This document shows, piece by piece, positions 1-13,072 of a DNA stretch of 64,000 bases. Source of the stretch: Heterodontus francisci. Taxonomy: Eukaryota. The stretch lies in the NCBI RefSeq assembly GCF_036365525.1, contig NC_090413.1, positions 24,722,601-24,786,600 of the forward strand, given 5' to 3'. A model generated the notes under the pieces. That model searched no databases, was not told the DNA's origin, and was given only the letters and a program-made list of their open reading frames with translations. Positions within the stretch are counted from its first letter, which is position 1. Every line of letters starts with the position of its first letter. Made by a program: the position numbers and the translations under genes.

Positions 1-366
1 TGCACCACCTAGTGATCATGTCAGCAAATGCAGCCATAAGTTAAACCCAGAGTACCACTTTAAAATATGCAGGACAATGGTACCAGAAATTAAGCATATA
101 CATCTATGAGAAATACATTTAAATCAGATGCCAGAAGGAACTTTACACACAATCGGATAAACGTTTTGGTATAATCTGTACAGATAGGATAGTAGAGGCG
201 GAGACTTTTGAGACTGGGAGTGTTGGGATACTAGAGAGACAAGCTTCACTGGGCCAAATATTATTTTAACGTCCATGATTTATATCACGTAAACATTAAT
301 ATTTATTGAACACCTGACTACTGGGTGATTCCAAATGGATCTTCAATTTTCTAGGCTAAAAACCTG

Positions 367-1038
367 AGGATAGAGTTGCTGTTTTGGATGCAAATCTTGC
401 TCAAAATTGCAGGTTTTCCAAAGTGAATTTATAGTTCAATTTTCTCCTCAAACTCATTTCATAATCGCAAACGTAAAATCTTCCGTCCACCAGCGCAACC
501 AGGCAGCATAATAGAATGTAATTATTCTTCTTCCTTGCATTAAAATAATTCCCTGTCATATTTGAGTGAAAACTTGGGGCAGTTTTAATAGTACAGCTGA
601 AAATGGTTTAACGCAACAAAAGATGTTTAATTGGAGTGTTTAGTCCACCACCTGTGCGTAAATCACTGCGAACCACACTGAGCCATTTAGTAGTTTCATT
701 GGCGTGCAGTAGTCAGTTTCTTAGTAAATTAAATATTTAAAAAGTTTTATAACTCGTGCCTGTGCACATTTATTAAAAATCCCATCTTAATTTTAAGAGC
801 CTTCTCGAAAAGTGCAGTCGGCAGAAACTCCCCATATTCGTTATTTTGATCTGGGTGCGGGGCTGTTTTGTGGGTGGGGCCATCTTCCACCATGATATTT
901 ACTAAGCTAGCATTAAAGGTTGTGGAAACTCGATTCACACTCTACCTAACATGCAGTAGAAGTTCCTCGAACCTTTACGCTAGTTTGGGCAATTTCTGGC
1001 AAATTGCGCTGGTGAAACTAGCAGAAGCTCTAGCCCCT
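367..1038. mobile_element. Degenerate non-autonomous DNA transposon (MITE), possibly PIF/Harbinger-type
   Basis: Imperfect inverted ends aggatagagttgc ... gaagctctagcccct; non-coding interior. Confidence 0.3.
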
Positions 1039-1099
1039 GATCTTTTTGGTATTTTTATATCCTGTAATTTGTGCCATTTCCTTTTTTTTTAATTCTTAG

Positions 1100-1222
<123 letters not shown>

Positions 1223-1716
1223 TAAGTAACTGGACCTGCTCCCGGTAGCAGTTGGTCAGATATCATTGTCTGCATCAGTAACAACAGTTGGGCATTTCAG
1301 TGGCTTCTTTTGGGAGGGCAGAAGATTCAACAAGAAGAATTTTTCTTTTTGCACTAATGCACAACTTGGTGAATTTACAAGCCAGTTGAATTATCTGACA
1401 CTGTGGTTCCTGTAACCTATCAAAATGCAACCAGTCTTAAGCCACAACCTACTCTTCCAATATCTCTTGACTTGTACTGTATTCTCTTCTCCCTACCTGT
1501 AGCGCTTGTCCTACTTTGTACCATCTTTTTAAATAGATAGTAAATCCTAACTCCAGAAAGGGCAGTGGAAGCAGATTCAACAGTAAACTTTCAAAAGGGA
1601 ATTGGATAAATACTTGAAGGGGGAAGAATTAGCAGAGCTGTGGGGAAAGAGCAGAGGGACTGGGCTGAAAATGGGCAGCTCTTTCAAAGAGAGAGCACAG
1701 ATGTGATGGACTGAAT

Positions 1717-2077
1717 TAAAGGCAAAAGAACCCGACCAATCCACAGTGGACCCGAGCCCGACTCGGCCCGAGTTCCTCCAATTTTGCACTAAGCCCGACC
1801 CCACTCGACCCGACCCAACCATCCCTTTACTTAACTTCCGACTGGGAAGCTCCACGAAGCTGCAGCGCATAAGTGATGACGTCACTCGCTCACTGCACAA
1901 ACTCAGTTTCGTCCCGGACTCCCAGTTCAGGTAAGTTTTATTTTTAATACTTACCGGCAGAGTATTTACCGTGTGTGTCCGGCCTGACCAGACCCGACCT
2001 GACTCGGAAAGCCAGATTCGGAAGATGGGCCGAACCTGACACATGTCGTCTGGTTCGGGTCAGGTAGCAGGCCTTTA
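1717..2077. mobile_element. hAT-type MITE inserted in a CR1 3' fragment (about 1540-2118)
   Basis: TIR-like ends TAAAGGC...GCCTTTA; many subterminal ACCCG/CCCGAC repeats; 8-bp TSD gactgaat/ggctgaat. Confidence 0.75.
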
Positions 2078-2251
2078 GGCTGAATGGCCTCCTTCAGTGC
2101 TGTAAGATTGTATGATTCCCAAATATGTGCCTAGGATATCAAGTTACTGCAGTGGTAGAAATGTATGAAGAATAATAGGTTACATAGAATTCTATAGATC
2201 CGTTTTTGATTAATTTTTGTTTCTGAACATTCCTCATGCAGTATATATCTG

Positions 2252-3142
2252 TGTCATGCTAGGCCCCCACCTGCCAAGAATGAGGCACATTAATTTTGTC
2301 ATGAACATTAATTTTAAATTGTTACTGGAGTGAAGAAAGGACTTATTAAACAGATCAGCCATGGCTGGAAAAGACATTTCCATATTAACAGATAGCAATT
2401 GGAAGGACAAAGGACCATTCCCTGACACATTCAACCCACAATAGACCTTGATCACCAGGTATTGTGTTTAAGAGGAGCTTTCCAGAGACTGCTAAGGCGA
2501 TACAATCCAAGATGTGGTCAGACCAGTTAGTCACATAATTAAATTGCTTGGCAACCTGGGTTTTTCTGAATTGTACTAACAGTTTGAACTGAGAGTGTCT
2601 GTTTGCTCCTGGACTGAGAAGATCTCTCTCCTGTCTGCTCCCATCTCTTTCTGACAAGCCTTTGAATCCACTGAAGACACATGAACCCCAAGAGAGAAAA
2701 GTCTCCTACAGCGAACAAGGTTTAAGAACTGGGCCCCAACGAAAAGCAAGATCTACCTACGATCAAGGACTCTACAGTCAGCTCGAAGAACCGTAACAGC
2801 AACTCTTCAGATATTGCCTCAAACTTTTCCACTTTTTTTTCCTTCTCTTTTGTCTCTCTATTTGCATGTGTGTATCAAGTACGCACGCTAGCGTGGGCGC
2901 ATCGTGTATTCGTAGGGGTTTACCGAGTTAGAGTTTAAGTTTAATAAATTTAAACTTTTCTTCTTTAAACCTAAGAAAACCTGTTTGTGCTGGTTTCTTT
3001 GCCTTATAATTGGAAAGCGGTGAACAAAGATTCACAAGGGGGAGCTAAAAACATGATGTGTTTAAAAATTAAACGCTGTTACGGTAAGACCAGGTGAAGG
3101 CTGAGAGGGAACCCTAGACACCTTTCTCAACTGGTCGTAACA
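2252..3142 (+). mobile_element. LTR of an LTR retrotransposon followed by a degenerate primer-binding site
   Basis: TG...CA ends (tgtcatg...cgtaaca) with internal AATAAA; followed by tgggtgctagtgtccagat, resembling a tRNA-Pro PBS (TGGGGGCTCGTCCGGGAT); homologous copy at 63222-63947. Confidence 0.7.
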
Positions 3143-3287
3143 GAAATTTGGGTGCTAGTGTCCAGATTTGTCCCACAGACAAATGAGAGAAATTGGAAGT
3201 TGGGAACAATTTGGCTTCCCAATCAAAAAAAAAAGCATGATTTCGGTTGCTGGTATAAAGGGCTCATCAATATGTGCTTTTCTTTAG

Positions 3288-3375
3288 ACTGACTGGTTCA
3301 GGTTTGCTGGCGAGTGTAACCAGAGTGAAGAAGAGCAACCATGAGAGAGAACAAATTCGGGATTCCTCTGTATGA
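3288..3375 (+). CDS. GPR108: GPR108 terminal coding exon
   Basis: ttttctttag acceptor; phase matches the previous exon (GT|A = Val); reads VLTGSGLLASVTRVKKSNHEREQIRDSSV*, similar to the V(M/V)TxSG..KVxK tail of GPR107/108. Confidence 0.85.
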
Positions 3376-4739
3376 AACTTGGCTAGTTACCATGGAAACT
3401 AGGCCCACTTAGATCTCCACACACGGACATTGGGAGAAGGACCTTGTGCAGGAATTCTAAATGGGTAAAATGTGTCGGTAAATACTGTTGCAATTCCAGT
3501 TATATAACTGTCAGAAAGCAAATAAGTGTGACTGATTGACCTGTATATATGTAATACATATGAGATATATCTTTGTATAACCCGGTACATTGGACTACTC
3601 TCTTTCTGAACCTTAATGACCAATCTGTTGGTGTAAGTGGAAAGCAAAGCTTTGACTCACTGATGTGGCAGTTAAACTTAATTTATTATTTGAAGCAGTT
3701 TTTCTTTTAAATTTTTGTTACATCCACTCTAATGCTGCTGTCCTTTTCCCAGAATGACCGAGTGTTTTTTATCAGCTGATAGTCCCACCCTGTCTTACAG
3801 TCAACTGATAGGCGTGCACTTTATGATGTGGAATTACATTCCCTTAGCCTCTCCTTTTAAGACTTGTATCTTTTTGGGAATCCTGCACAAGCAAACAAGG
3901 TTACAAAGCTCTTTTGACTAGTTCAAAGGAACCATGGGCCTCAGCTTGTCAGTTGCTAGCCTAAATCCAGAGGCAAGATTCTTGTGTGGAAAGCCTGTAT
4001 TGAAACATACCATCACACCGTGTGAGGTTGCACTTAATTTGTGGCAATTGTTGGCTGTTATTAGGAACACATCAGACCATTTTACTGATATTTTGCCTGC
4101 ATCTAATAACTCTATTTTTGTTGATTTTATCAAATGTTGATCCTTTCTTTTGGGAGGGGAGTGGGTGTCAGAGGGAGAAGAGGAAACATGTTAAAAGTCC
4201 AACTTCTAAATACGTTTTATTGGACGTTGCTCAGTTCCAGAAGTAGAGCAGAGGTGCTTTTTTTTCTCCCACCTTGCATTCTCTCAGGTACTTGTGTATA
4301 AAATGCAGGCATACTTCGGCCAGGCATTGACTTTGTTTAACCCTCAAAGTGGCGCAAACTCAGTTTTACTCTTGATTTCCAGAGCATTGTTTAAAAATGA
4401 TCTATTTTGTAATGTATTCATTTTTTTCGCTAACTTCAGTGCTGTATTGTGGAGAACTTTTGATTTGAGTTTCCTGTTCTCAAGAGGGTTTGAGTGCCAC
4501 CATCTGACCGGTGTGATGAGGAAATGATAACTTGTATAACAATTGATGTTTATAAGAAAATTATATGTTGGTATAAATAGTTATATAATTTTCTTACAGC
4601 CCTGTGTAGAATATATATTAAACTTTTTATGCTTTTAAATTTGCAATCCCAGTGCTCAAATTATGGGATTCTTGAAGAATTGTTCATATTAATTTTGTTT
4701 TTTAACTGGGTTTTCCTTCTCCTAGTTTTGTATTCAATT

Positions 4740-5040
4740 TCCCCCCGCCACCCCACCCCCTCTGTGGTGTGTCTGCCTCTGTCTCTCTTTCTGCCTCTGT
4801 GCCTGTCTCTCTTGCTCCCCCCCCCCTCTCTCTCGCTCTCCCCTCTCTCTCTCTCAGCTCTCGCTCCCTCCCCCCCTCTCTCTCGGCTCACCCTCCTTTT
4901 TCCCCCCCCTCTCTCTGGCTCAACCCCCTCTCTCGCTCACCCTGTGCGTATCTCTGTCTGTGCCCCTCTCTACCGCTGTGTGTGTGTGTGCGCGCGCGCG
5001 CTTCTCTCTTGCACGTGTCACTCTCTCCTGCTGTGTATCT
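4740..5040. repeat. Polypyrimidine (CT/C-rich) tract followed by (TG)n(CG)n
   Basis: Directly visible low-complexity sequence. Confidence 0.9.
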
Positions 5041-5567
5041 CCTCTGGTGCTGAAAGTTGTTGGGTCGCTATTCCATGGACACTGGCAGCCTTCCAAGTGA
5101 CCATTCTTGTGTGAAGTTAGATAATGTTGGGTAGCTTGTTCGACCATGGAGTGGGTGGTTCTCACCAAACATCAACACGAGTGCCTTTTCCAGCAGTTTG
5201 CTTTGATGGTTACTTCTTGACCAAGATGGTAGCTGCCTCTGGCTGGCAATCTCAGCCACTGCGGCAGCATCACTACACCCTGTATCGTATACTCATAAGA
5301 AGCTATGCTGTCCTTGTGGAACAATTTACTGTGTAACAGCCAACCCAGACTTGTAGAGACAATGTAAAAGCAATAATCAATGACAGTTTCTAACTTAGCC
5401 CATTGTACATATTTGTTCTAGAACTTGGAAACCAATTTCAGTTATCTTTCCTTTTTTGGAGCCCAGAATTGTGAGATGCCTGCTGTGTATTTATTTTGTC
5501 CTTTACAAATAAGTTTATGCTTTAAAATAGTTCACCTTGGCTGTAACCAGGTTTTATTTTTAACAAA

Positions 5568-5573
5568 AATAAA
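5568..5573 (+). terminator. Putative GPR108 polyadenylation signal (second AATAAA at 5651-5656)
   Basis: AATAAA after about 2.2 kb of AT/T-rich UTR-like sequence downstream of the stop at 3375. Confidence 0.45.
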
Positions 5574-8500
5574 CTCCGCTGTATGCCACCAGATCAAGGC
5601 TCTGTCATTGCTGCTGTATCACTGGAGGTTTAAATAAGTCTGGAGTGAGAAATAAATGGCTTTGAAGCTATCTCGGGACCTATCTTGATCTGGTGCAAAA
5701 CTCTATTTGTGGGTTGGCCGCCTGCTTTAGAAATCTCCTGATTCTCAATCCATTGAATCCAATGGAAAGGAACGTCAGCCAGTTCCTGTAATGGGCGCGA
5801 GAATCGCAGTCCTGGTTTTCTATCTGATCAAGTGGAAAATCTACAGCCCCCCCGTGTATACTTAAATAAGCAGCTTTCATTTTCAGAGTAAGGTGCATGC
5901 TTGGCTTTGTTGTCTATATTTTAAAGCATCTGCACACCAATTTATTTTCTAGACTGAGTTTTGAAATGTGCAATTTTATCTGAATTTATGGAAATTTTTT
6001 CCTATCATTTTTAAAACCGCAAATTAGTATTTTTCTTGTGGTGTTGAGATCCGTCTGCTTCTGTAATTTTAATCTGCTTTATTGCTGAAAGAAATTCATT
6101 CCGAGGCTGTAAATGACCAATTTTTTAAAATCTTGTTTTGAAGTTTGTTGCTGTGTGACTTGATTTTTGTTTTTCTCTTAACATTGTCTCATTATTCAAG
6201 AGTGTTGTTTTTCTCGTCCGTTTTCCTCAAGTGTCTATGAACAAGCCTTTCTTTTTAAGTTATTCATTCTCTGGATGTGACTGACATTAATTGCTCATCC
6301 CTAGTTTCACAGAAAAGGACGTGGCAACTGACCTTTTCTAGGGCCACTTCAGACAGCAGTTAAGAGTTAAGAAAATGTTAACAATGTTAAGAAACATGCA
6401 TAGTCCCAGACCAGGTAAGGACAGAAGGTGTCCCTCTTTAAAGGATATTAGTGAACCAGTTGGGTTTTATTGACCAGTGCAATAGTTTTAAGGTAATTTT
6501 TACTGATGCCACCTTCAGATTGACTTGCAGATTTAAGAGAAAAAAAAAGTCTAAATTCAAATTTGCAGCCCCAAGGTGGGATTTGAAATCTTATTCTTAG
6601 AATCATAGAATGATACAACACAGAAGGAGGCCATTCGGCCCATCTCACCTGTGCCAGCTCTTTGGTAGAGTTATCCAATTACCCACAGCTGTGTAAATTA
6701 GTTCCTATCAGGTATGTATCCACTTCCCTTTTCAAAGTTACTATTGAATTAAATCAGGCAGCACATTCCAGATCACAACTTGCTGCGTTTTTTAAAAAAA
6801 TCATCCCGTGTCCCTGCTGATTCTTTTGCCAATTATCTTTAAATCAGTGTCTAGTTAACAACCTCCTGCTAGTGGCAGCAGATTCTCCCTATTTACTCTA
6901 TCAAAGTCCTTCATAATTTTGAACATCTCTGTTAAATCTCCCCTTAACCACCTCTGTTCTAAGGAGAATAACTCCCTCCCTAATGCAGAGGGCAACTGTA
7001 CCATTTGGTTGATGTGGCTGAGTTCAGTAGAGTCATTTTATAGCACAGAAGGAGGCCATTCAGCCCATCGGGTCCATGCCGGCTCTCCACAGAGCTATCC
7101 AGTCAGTCCCACTCCTCCGCTCGATCCCTGTAGCACTGCAAGTTTATTTCCTTCAAGTGCCCATCCAACTTCTTTTGAAGTAATTTATTTGTCTCTGCTT
7201 TGACGAAGGCAGTAAGATTCTTCCCACTGTCTCTCAGATGAGCTATTAAACCGATGAGTAGTCAGTGTTCAAGTGGACAGAGATCAAAAGATACTACTTG
7301 AAGAGAAAGGAAGTAGAACCAAGACCAGCTCGACGGAGTACTGCTTCTACTGAGTGTTTAACTTGGTGAATTTGGTGAGTGAGGGAATTTTAAGTACTCA
7401 TTTCTAAAATCAAATCAAGCTTCGCATTTAACTTTAACCTGAACTTGTGGATTCTTCCACAGTGTTGGTCAGTGGTAAGCAAGCTGCCTGCTCGTGGCAG
7501 CTGCCCAGTTAATTAGGTGGCTAGTTAGAACTGGTTGTCTGGTCAGCAGGGGCTGACGTCTTTTGGAAAACCTCTGCACAGATCAGGAATCAGTTCTGGA
7601 GCCTTGCGCTGTATGCTTTCTAAACCTGTCTACCTCGCCTCCTTCTTTAAGACGCTCCTTAAAGCCTATCCCTTTGACCAAGCTTTTATTCACATGTCTT
7701 AGTGTCTCCTTCCATGGCTCAGTGTCTGATTACATTCCTGTGATGCACCTTGGGACTGTTTACTATGTTAAATATGGGATATAAATACAAATTGTTCTAT
7801 GACTTAGCAACTCACCAGATAAGCTCACTGAGACACTAGGGACTATCTCTGTTTTATAGATGTTGAAATTTTCTTGTAGAATCCTTTGCTTCCCTAGGCA
7901 AAAAAGAAAGATTGCCAGACACACTCCTTTTATCTGTCTTAGTTTGACTTAAACCAACTGCCCAGAATTGAGCACGAGCGAGCATGTGGAGTACCTCCTC
8001 GATTTTTCCTTTACTTCCTACAGGTGATTGCCTATGCTTGCTGTCTCTGGACAGGGGCATGTTAGAAATTGGGGAACCTGCTCCGTGGACCTGTGTCTCA
8101 TGGCTCTATGTTGTCCAACCGAGATAAAGATGAAAAGGACACATGAGCTTTACACTAGAGCTATTCCACAGCAAGTTCCCTATCTCTGCTCAGCCCACAG
8201 AGAGTCTCACGATCTTACTGTGCCTCACCATTGCCAAGATTGACTAATCCAGCATTATCCTGAGTTAAAACCTAGAACACTCCAGTAAATAAGGGTTTAT
8301 TTTAACAAATGGCCTCCTTCTGTGCTGTATGATTCTATGATCTTGAGTCTTCAGCAGTTGGCAGTCCAACCATTGGGAATATCTGGTCGTCTCGTTCTAC
8401 AACACAGAAAAGATACCTGTTCAATAAATGGAGAAAATGCTGGAAACACAGCATCAGGCAACGTCTGTGGACAGCAAAGACAAGTCAACGTATCAGGTAT

Positions 8501-9934
8501 GGATCCTTTGTCAGAACTGTATATCCTGGGTGAGCAATATAAAAACTTTTGAAGCTTCTGAGATAATGAGCAGCTCTAACTAGAGAGAGCTTACCCAAAA
8601 GGTAACTGGTCATTGATTGATGAGCAGTTCCATTTTTAGTGGCCAATCTGCTGCCTTATTTGCTTTTATAATGACACATTGTAACTAAGCTACAGACTGT
8701 GTGGAGTATTACAACATAATCAGGCCCACTAATCCGATTATCTTGCAGAACTTTCTAGACACAAGTTGCTGTAGTCACTCCAGCCATTCCCAGGTCCCTT
8801 TTTTAGCATTGTTGATTCATTTTGAGAAGTGGAAAACTGGCATGGAGGTGTAACATCCAGAGTTACTGAGGCAGAGTCTTATTTCATTGATGTTGCCTGG
8901 GTGTTCATCTGGCAGAGTAGGTTTGTCAGTCAGAACCAGAAATGAGTTTCATCCTGTTGATTTCTCGGCAAGAGTTATGCCACACACGCCTTCACAGGGA
9001 GTAGTTGGGGCGAATAGCATAGATACATTTAAGGGGAAGCTAGATAAACACACGAGGGAGAAATAAATAGAAGGATTTGCTGATAGGTTAAGATGAAGAG
9101 GGGGTGGCAGGAGGCTTATGTTTAACATAAACCCTGGCAAAGACCAGTTGGGCCGAATGGCCTGTTCCTGTGCTGTAAATTCTATGTAACTCCATGAACA
9201 CTGCCACTTCAGTCTGATTTATGTGGCATGCTCAGTTATGTTTGTCCATTAACCTTTTCACATCCGGGAAATTTTATTTTCAACTGTGCTGCCTTGTATA
9301 ATTATAGTATTTGGGCTTGAATATGTAACCTTGATAGTTCTGGAGGATTGAAGTGATGTTTGTAAACTGCTTAAATTCACCTTGATGGCCCATGATGTAG
9401 TTAATGGGCACCTCATTGTGTTATTGTCCTGTAATGCACTTGTATCTCTAGACCCTTTCATTTAGTTCTGGGAGAGCCGCAGATTTGAGCACCACGCTCT
9501 CTATTTCTCCAGAGAAAGTAGCAGTGAGTCATAGAGAGATACAGCATCGAAACAGGCCCTTCGGCCCACCGAGTCCATGCTGACCGTCAACCACCCAGTG
9601 AGGGGTGGGTGTCTCTCATACTGCACAGGTGGCCAGACTGGGAACATGCAGAGAGCAGCTGGTCTGCTGAGTGCCATGTATTTCAGATTTCCAGCATCCA
9701 CAGTATTTGGCTTTTGTATTTTTGACCGAGCTTTTGATTACCTGTTCTGATGTCTCCTTTGACTCTGTGTCAATTTCCATCTGACTACACGCCTGTGACG
9801 TTGCCTTGGGCCGTTTTCACACATTAATGTTATCAAATGTCCAAACTTGAGTATACCTTTTGCATATTCATATTGTTGTCCATTTTAAAAACCTGGATAA
9901 CATGGCAATGCATGGAGTGATGGTGACAGGCTGT

Positions 9935-10370
9935 GTAAATTGGGTCTACTCTGGAGTTTAGAAGAATAAGAGGTGATCTCACAGAAACATGCAAGATTCT
10001 GAAGGGACTTGACGGGATTGATTCTGACAGGTTATTTCCCCTGTCTGGAAAATCTAGCACAAGGGAGCACAGCCTCAGGATAAGAGGCCAATCATTTAGA
10101 ACTGAGATGATGAGAAATATCTTCACTCAAAGGGTTGTGAATCTTTGGAATTCTCTACCCCCCCCCCCCAGAGGGTTGTGGATGCTCCATCGTTGAGTAT
10201 ATTTAAGGCTGGGATAGATAGATTTTTGATCTCTCAGAGAATCAAGGGATATGGTGAGCAGGCGGGAAAGTGGAGTTGAAGCCGAAGATCAGCCATGATC
10301 GTATTGAATGGTGGAGCAGGATTGACAGGCCACGTGGTCAACTCCAGCTCCTATTTCTTATGTTCTTATG
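9935..10370 (+). mobile_element. CR1 LINE 3' fragment
   Basis: Typical CR1 ORF2 C-terminus (ctggagtttagaagaataagaggtgatctc...) and 3'UTR ending in ttcttatg repeats. Confidence 0.8.
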
Positions 10371-11429
10371 CATGAGGTGAAATTTCTGTACAATGCAAGA
10401 GGAAATACTTTAGTACATCTGGAATCAACTGTATTCCAAATTGCGGCTGCTACTTAAAGTTGAATCTTAGGAGTGAAAAAGGTGTGAAGGCACTTCATTT
10501 CCCATCCTCCACAAACACACAAGCTCCGCAAAAACAGACACATTCTTGGTTTGAACGAAGACTGGTTCACAGCAGAAATCATGATTAAATCTCCAGCCAA
10601 CACAATTTTGCTTTCCTGGTAATACAAAACACCTAAGCCTATTTCCTCCTGCTTTCGCAAGTGAAAGGAACACAACACCAAATAAGGGCCGACCATTTTG
10701 CTAACGGAGCAAAAATGTATAAGCATTTGGAGGGAAACTACTTCTAAAGAGCAACGTTCAATTCTTTTCAGCAATAATGCAGCATTACTTGTTACTGCAC
10801 TTCGCACCACACTCAGAGTTGTCTTCCTGCCCCCTGAAATTTGTTAAAAGAGCTGGAGACCAGGGAGGTGCATTCAGGACTCCATATGGATTTTTTTTTT
10901 TTTTTTTTTAATGGATTCGAAATCTAAAATGTCAAACTTCCTTTCCCAAATATGTCCCATCTGATGAATGCTGAAAGTTCCGTTGATCTTTTCCCCCTCC
11001 TCACAGAAGTAATTGAAGTCTGGTATATTGTACTGCTTTCATTATAAAGACAAGTGGGACCATGTGCAATTAACTTCCAAAAAACCATTTGCGCTGTCGA
11101 TTACTCATCTAAAATTAGAACCCATTAATTAAAAGGGCAGTCAATTTAAAATCACTTGGTAGACGTTCTGCATTCTGTGTAATTTCTAAACAAAACTGAT
11201 TTACAAAGTAAGACATTCATTTATATAATGCCTTTTACCTCTGTGCATCCCAAAGGGCTTTATAGCCAGGGAAGTACTTTATGACATGTAGTCACTGTTT
11301 ATGGGAGCTTGCTGTGTGCAAATTGGCTGCTGCTTTTGTTACATTACAACAGTACTTATACTGGAGAGGGAGCGCATGATGACCAGTACACATGAGACCT
11401 TCCACGACCGGTAGGCAACCGCAGGAAGC

Positions 11430-12245
11430 TTAACTGGGTGTGCTATGTAAATATTGTGGCGGCAAGAGCAAGTCAGAAGCTGGGAATTCTGCGGAGAGTA
11501 ACTCGCATCCTGACTCCCCAAAGTCTGTCCACCATCTGCAAGGCAGAAGTCAGGAGTGTGATGGAATACTGTCCACTTGCCTGGATGGGTGCAGCTCTGC
11601 CAGCACTCAAAGCTCGACACCATCCAAGACGAAGCAGCCCGCTTGATTGGCACCCCATCCACCACCTTCAACATTCACTCTCGCTTTCTCCACCAATGGA
11701 GCACAGTGGCAGCTGTGTGTACCATCTAGAAGATGCATTGCAACAACACACCAAGGTTCCTTTGACAGCACCTTACAAATCCGCAACCTCTACCACCTAG
11801 AAGGACAAGGGTAGCAGACGCGTGGGAACACCACCACCTGCAAGTTCCCCACCAAGTCGCACACCATCCTGACTTGGAACTGTATCGCCGTTCCTTCACT
11901 GTCGCTGGGTCAAAATCCTGGAACTTGCTGACTAACAGCACTGTGGATCAACATACTGTCGTAATTTTTTTTTTTAAGTGTGCGCACAATTTGTTCAAAT
12001 GTGCAGGCCTTTTAAATTTTTGTGCATGGCCACACGTGCAGTAGTTTAAAGGGGCTGTGTCGTGTGCAGTTTGTGTGGGAACTTTTGGGTTGCCGCTACC
12101 TTAGAGGAAACTTTGCTGTGGGTGTACCTGTACCACATGGACTGCAGCGGTTCAAGAAGGCAGCTCACCACCACCCTCTTGAGGGTAACTCACGTGGGCA
12201 ATAAATGTTGGCCTCGCCAGCGCCACCCACATCCCCATGACCAGG
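11430..12245 (+). mobile_element. 3' fragment of the second LINE family (same family as 55327-56857)
   Basis: ASQKLGILRRVT...VRSVMEYCPLAWMGAA peptide and 3' tail shared with 55327-56857. Confidence 0.8.
11949..12115. mobile_element. Short hAT-type MITE nested in the LINE fragment
   Basis: Interrupts the LINE at cagcactgtgg|gtgtacc; 8-bp TSD ctgtggat/ctgtgggt; degenerate TIRs caacatactgtcgtaa / ttagaggaaactttg. Confidence 0.6.
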
Positions 12246-13072
12246 CACCTGGAACATTTATTTTCCTGATTGTGACACTGGGCCAAACCAGTGCCAGCCT
12301 TATTTGATTTATTTAAAATAGCCAAATGACAAACACTTCTGATCACCAGGTGACTACTGGTACAGCAGTGTGTACTACTGAGCCAGAGAGACCCAAAGGC
12401 CCTTTGATCTCTAATCTGTTAAATTAGATGATCTAAACCTGAGGCAGTAATTGGGGAGTGATAATTAGATTCAGCAACACGAGGCAAGAAATAATTGGGT
12501 TTTACTATCCAATGACCTTATTGGAAAGGTTGTGTATGTTGATATTGGAGAAGTACTGGTTTGAACCAGCTTTATTGCTCCTCCTCACCGACACATGACA
12601 ATCACTGTCTCGGCTCACATTTGAACAGTAAAAGAAAAAGATTTGGGTTTATATAACACCTTTCAGGACATCCCAAATCGCTTTACAGCCAATGAAGTGT
12701 CGTCACTGTTGGAATGTAGAAAACGCGGCAGGTAATTTGTGCACAGCAATCACCTATGATTGGATAAAAACAGAAAATGTTGGAACTACTCAGCTGGTCA
12801 AGCAGCATCTGTGGAGAGAGAAATTGTTAATGTTTCAGTTTAATAACCTTTCATCTTATTGTTAACCTATTCAATCACCTATCAGTCCTACCCTTCACCA
12901 TCCAAAAACCTAAAGTAGGGTGTTGAGTGAATGAACTAAGTAGCAGTAGTCACTTTAATTGTTATCTCTATTCCCCTGACAAAGGGAAACTAAGAACTTT
13001 GTGACAAATGTAGCCAATGTCTGAATTGGACAGTGCACAGTAAGTGCACAAGTACTTGAGTTGCGTCGCAAA

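Noticed and set aside
1577-2044. 155-aa ORF with SGRVG repeats
   Set aside because: Translation of the MITE subterminal repeats; no splice signals or protein-family resemblance.
4629-5168. Overlapping ORFs rich in L/S/P or R/E/G
   Set aside because: Artefacts of the CT/GA low-complexity tract.
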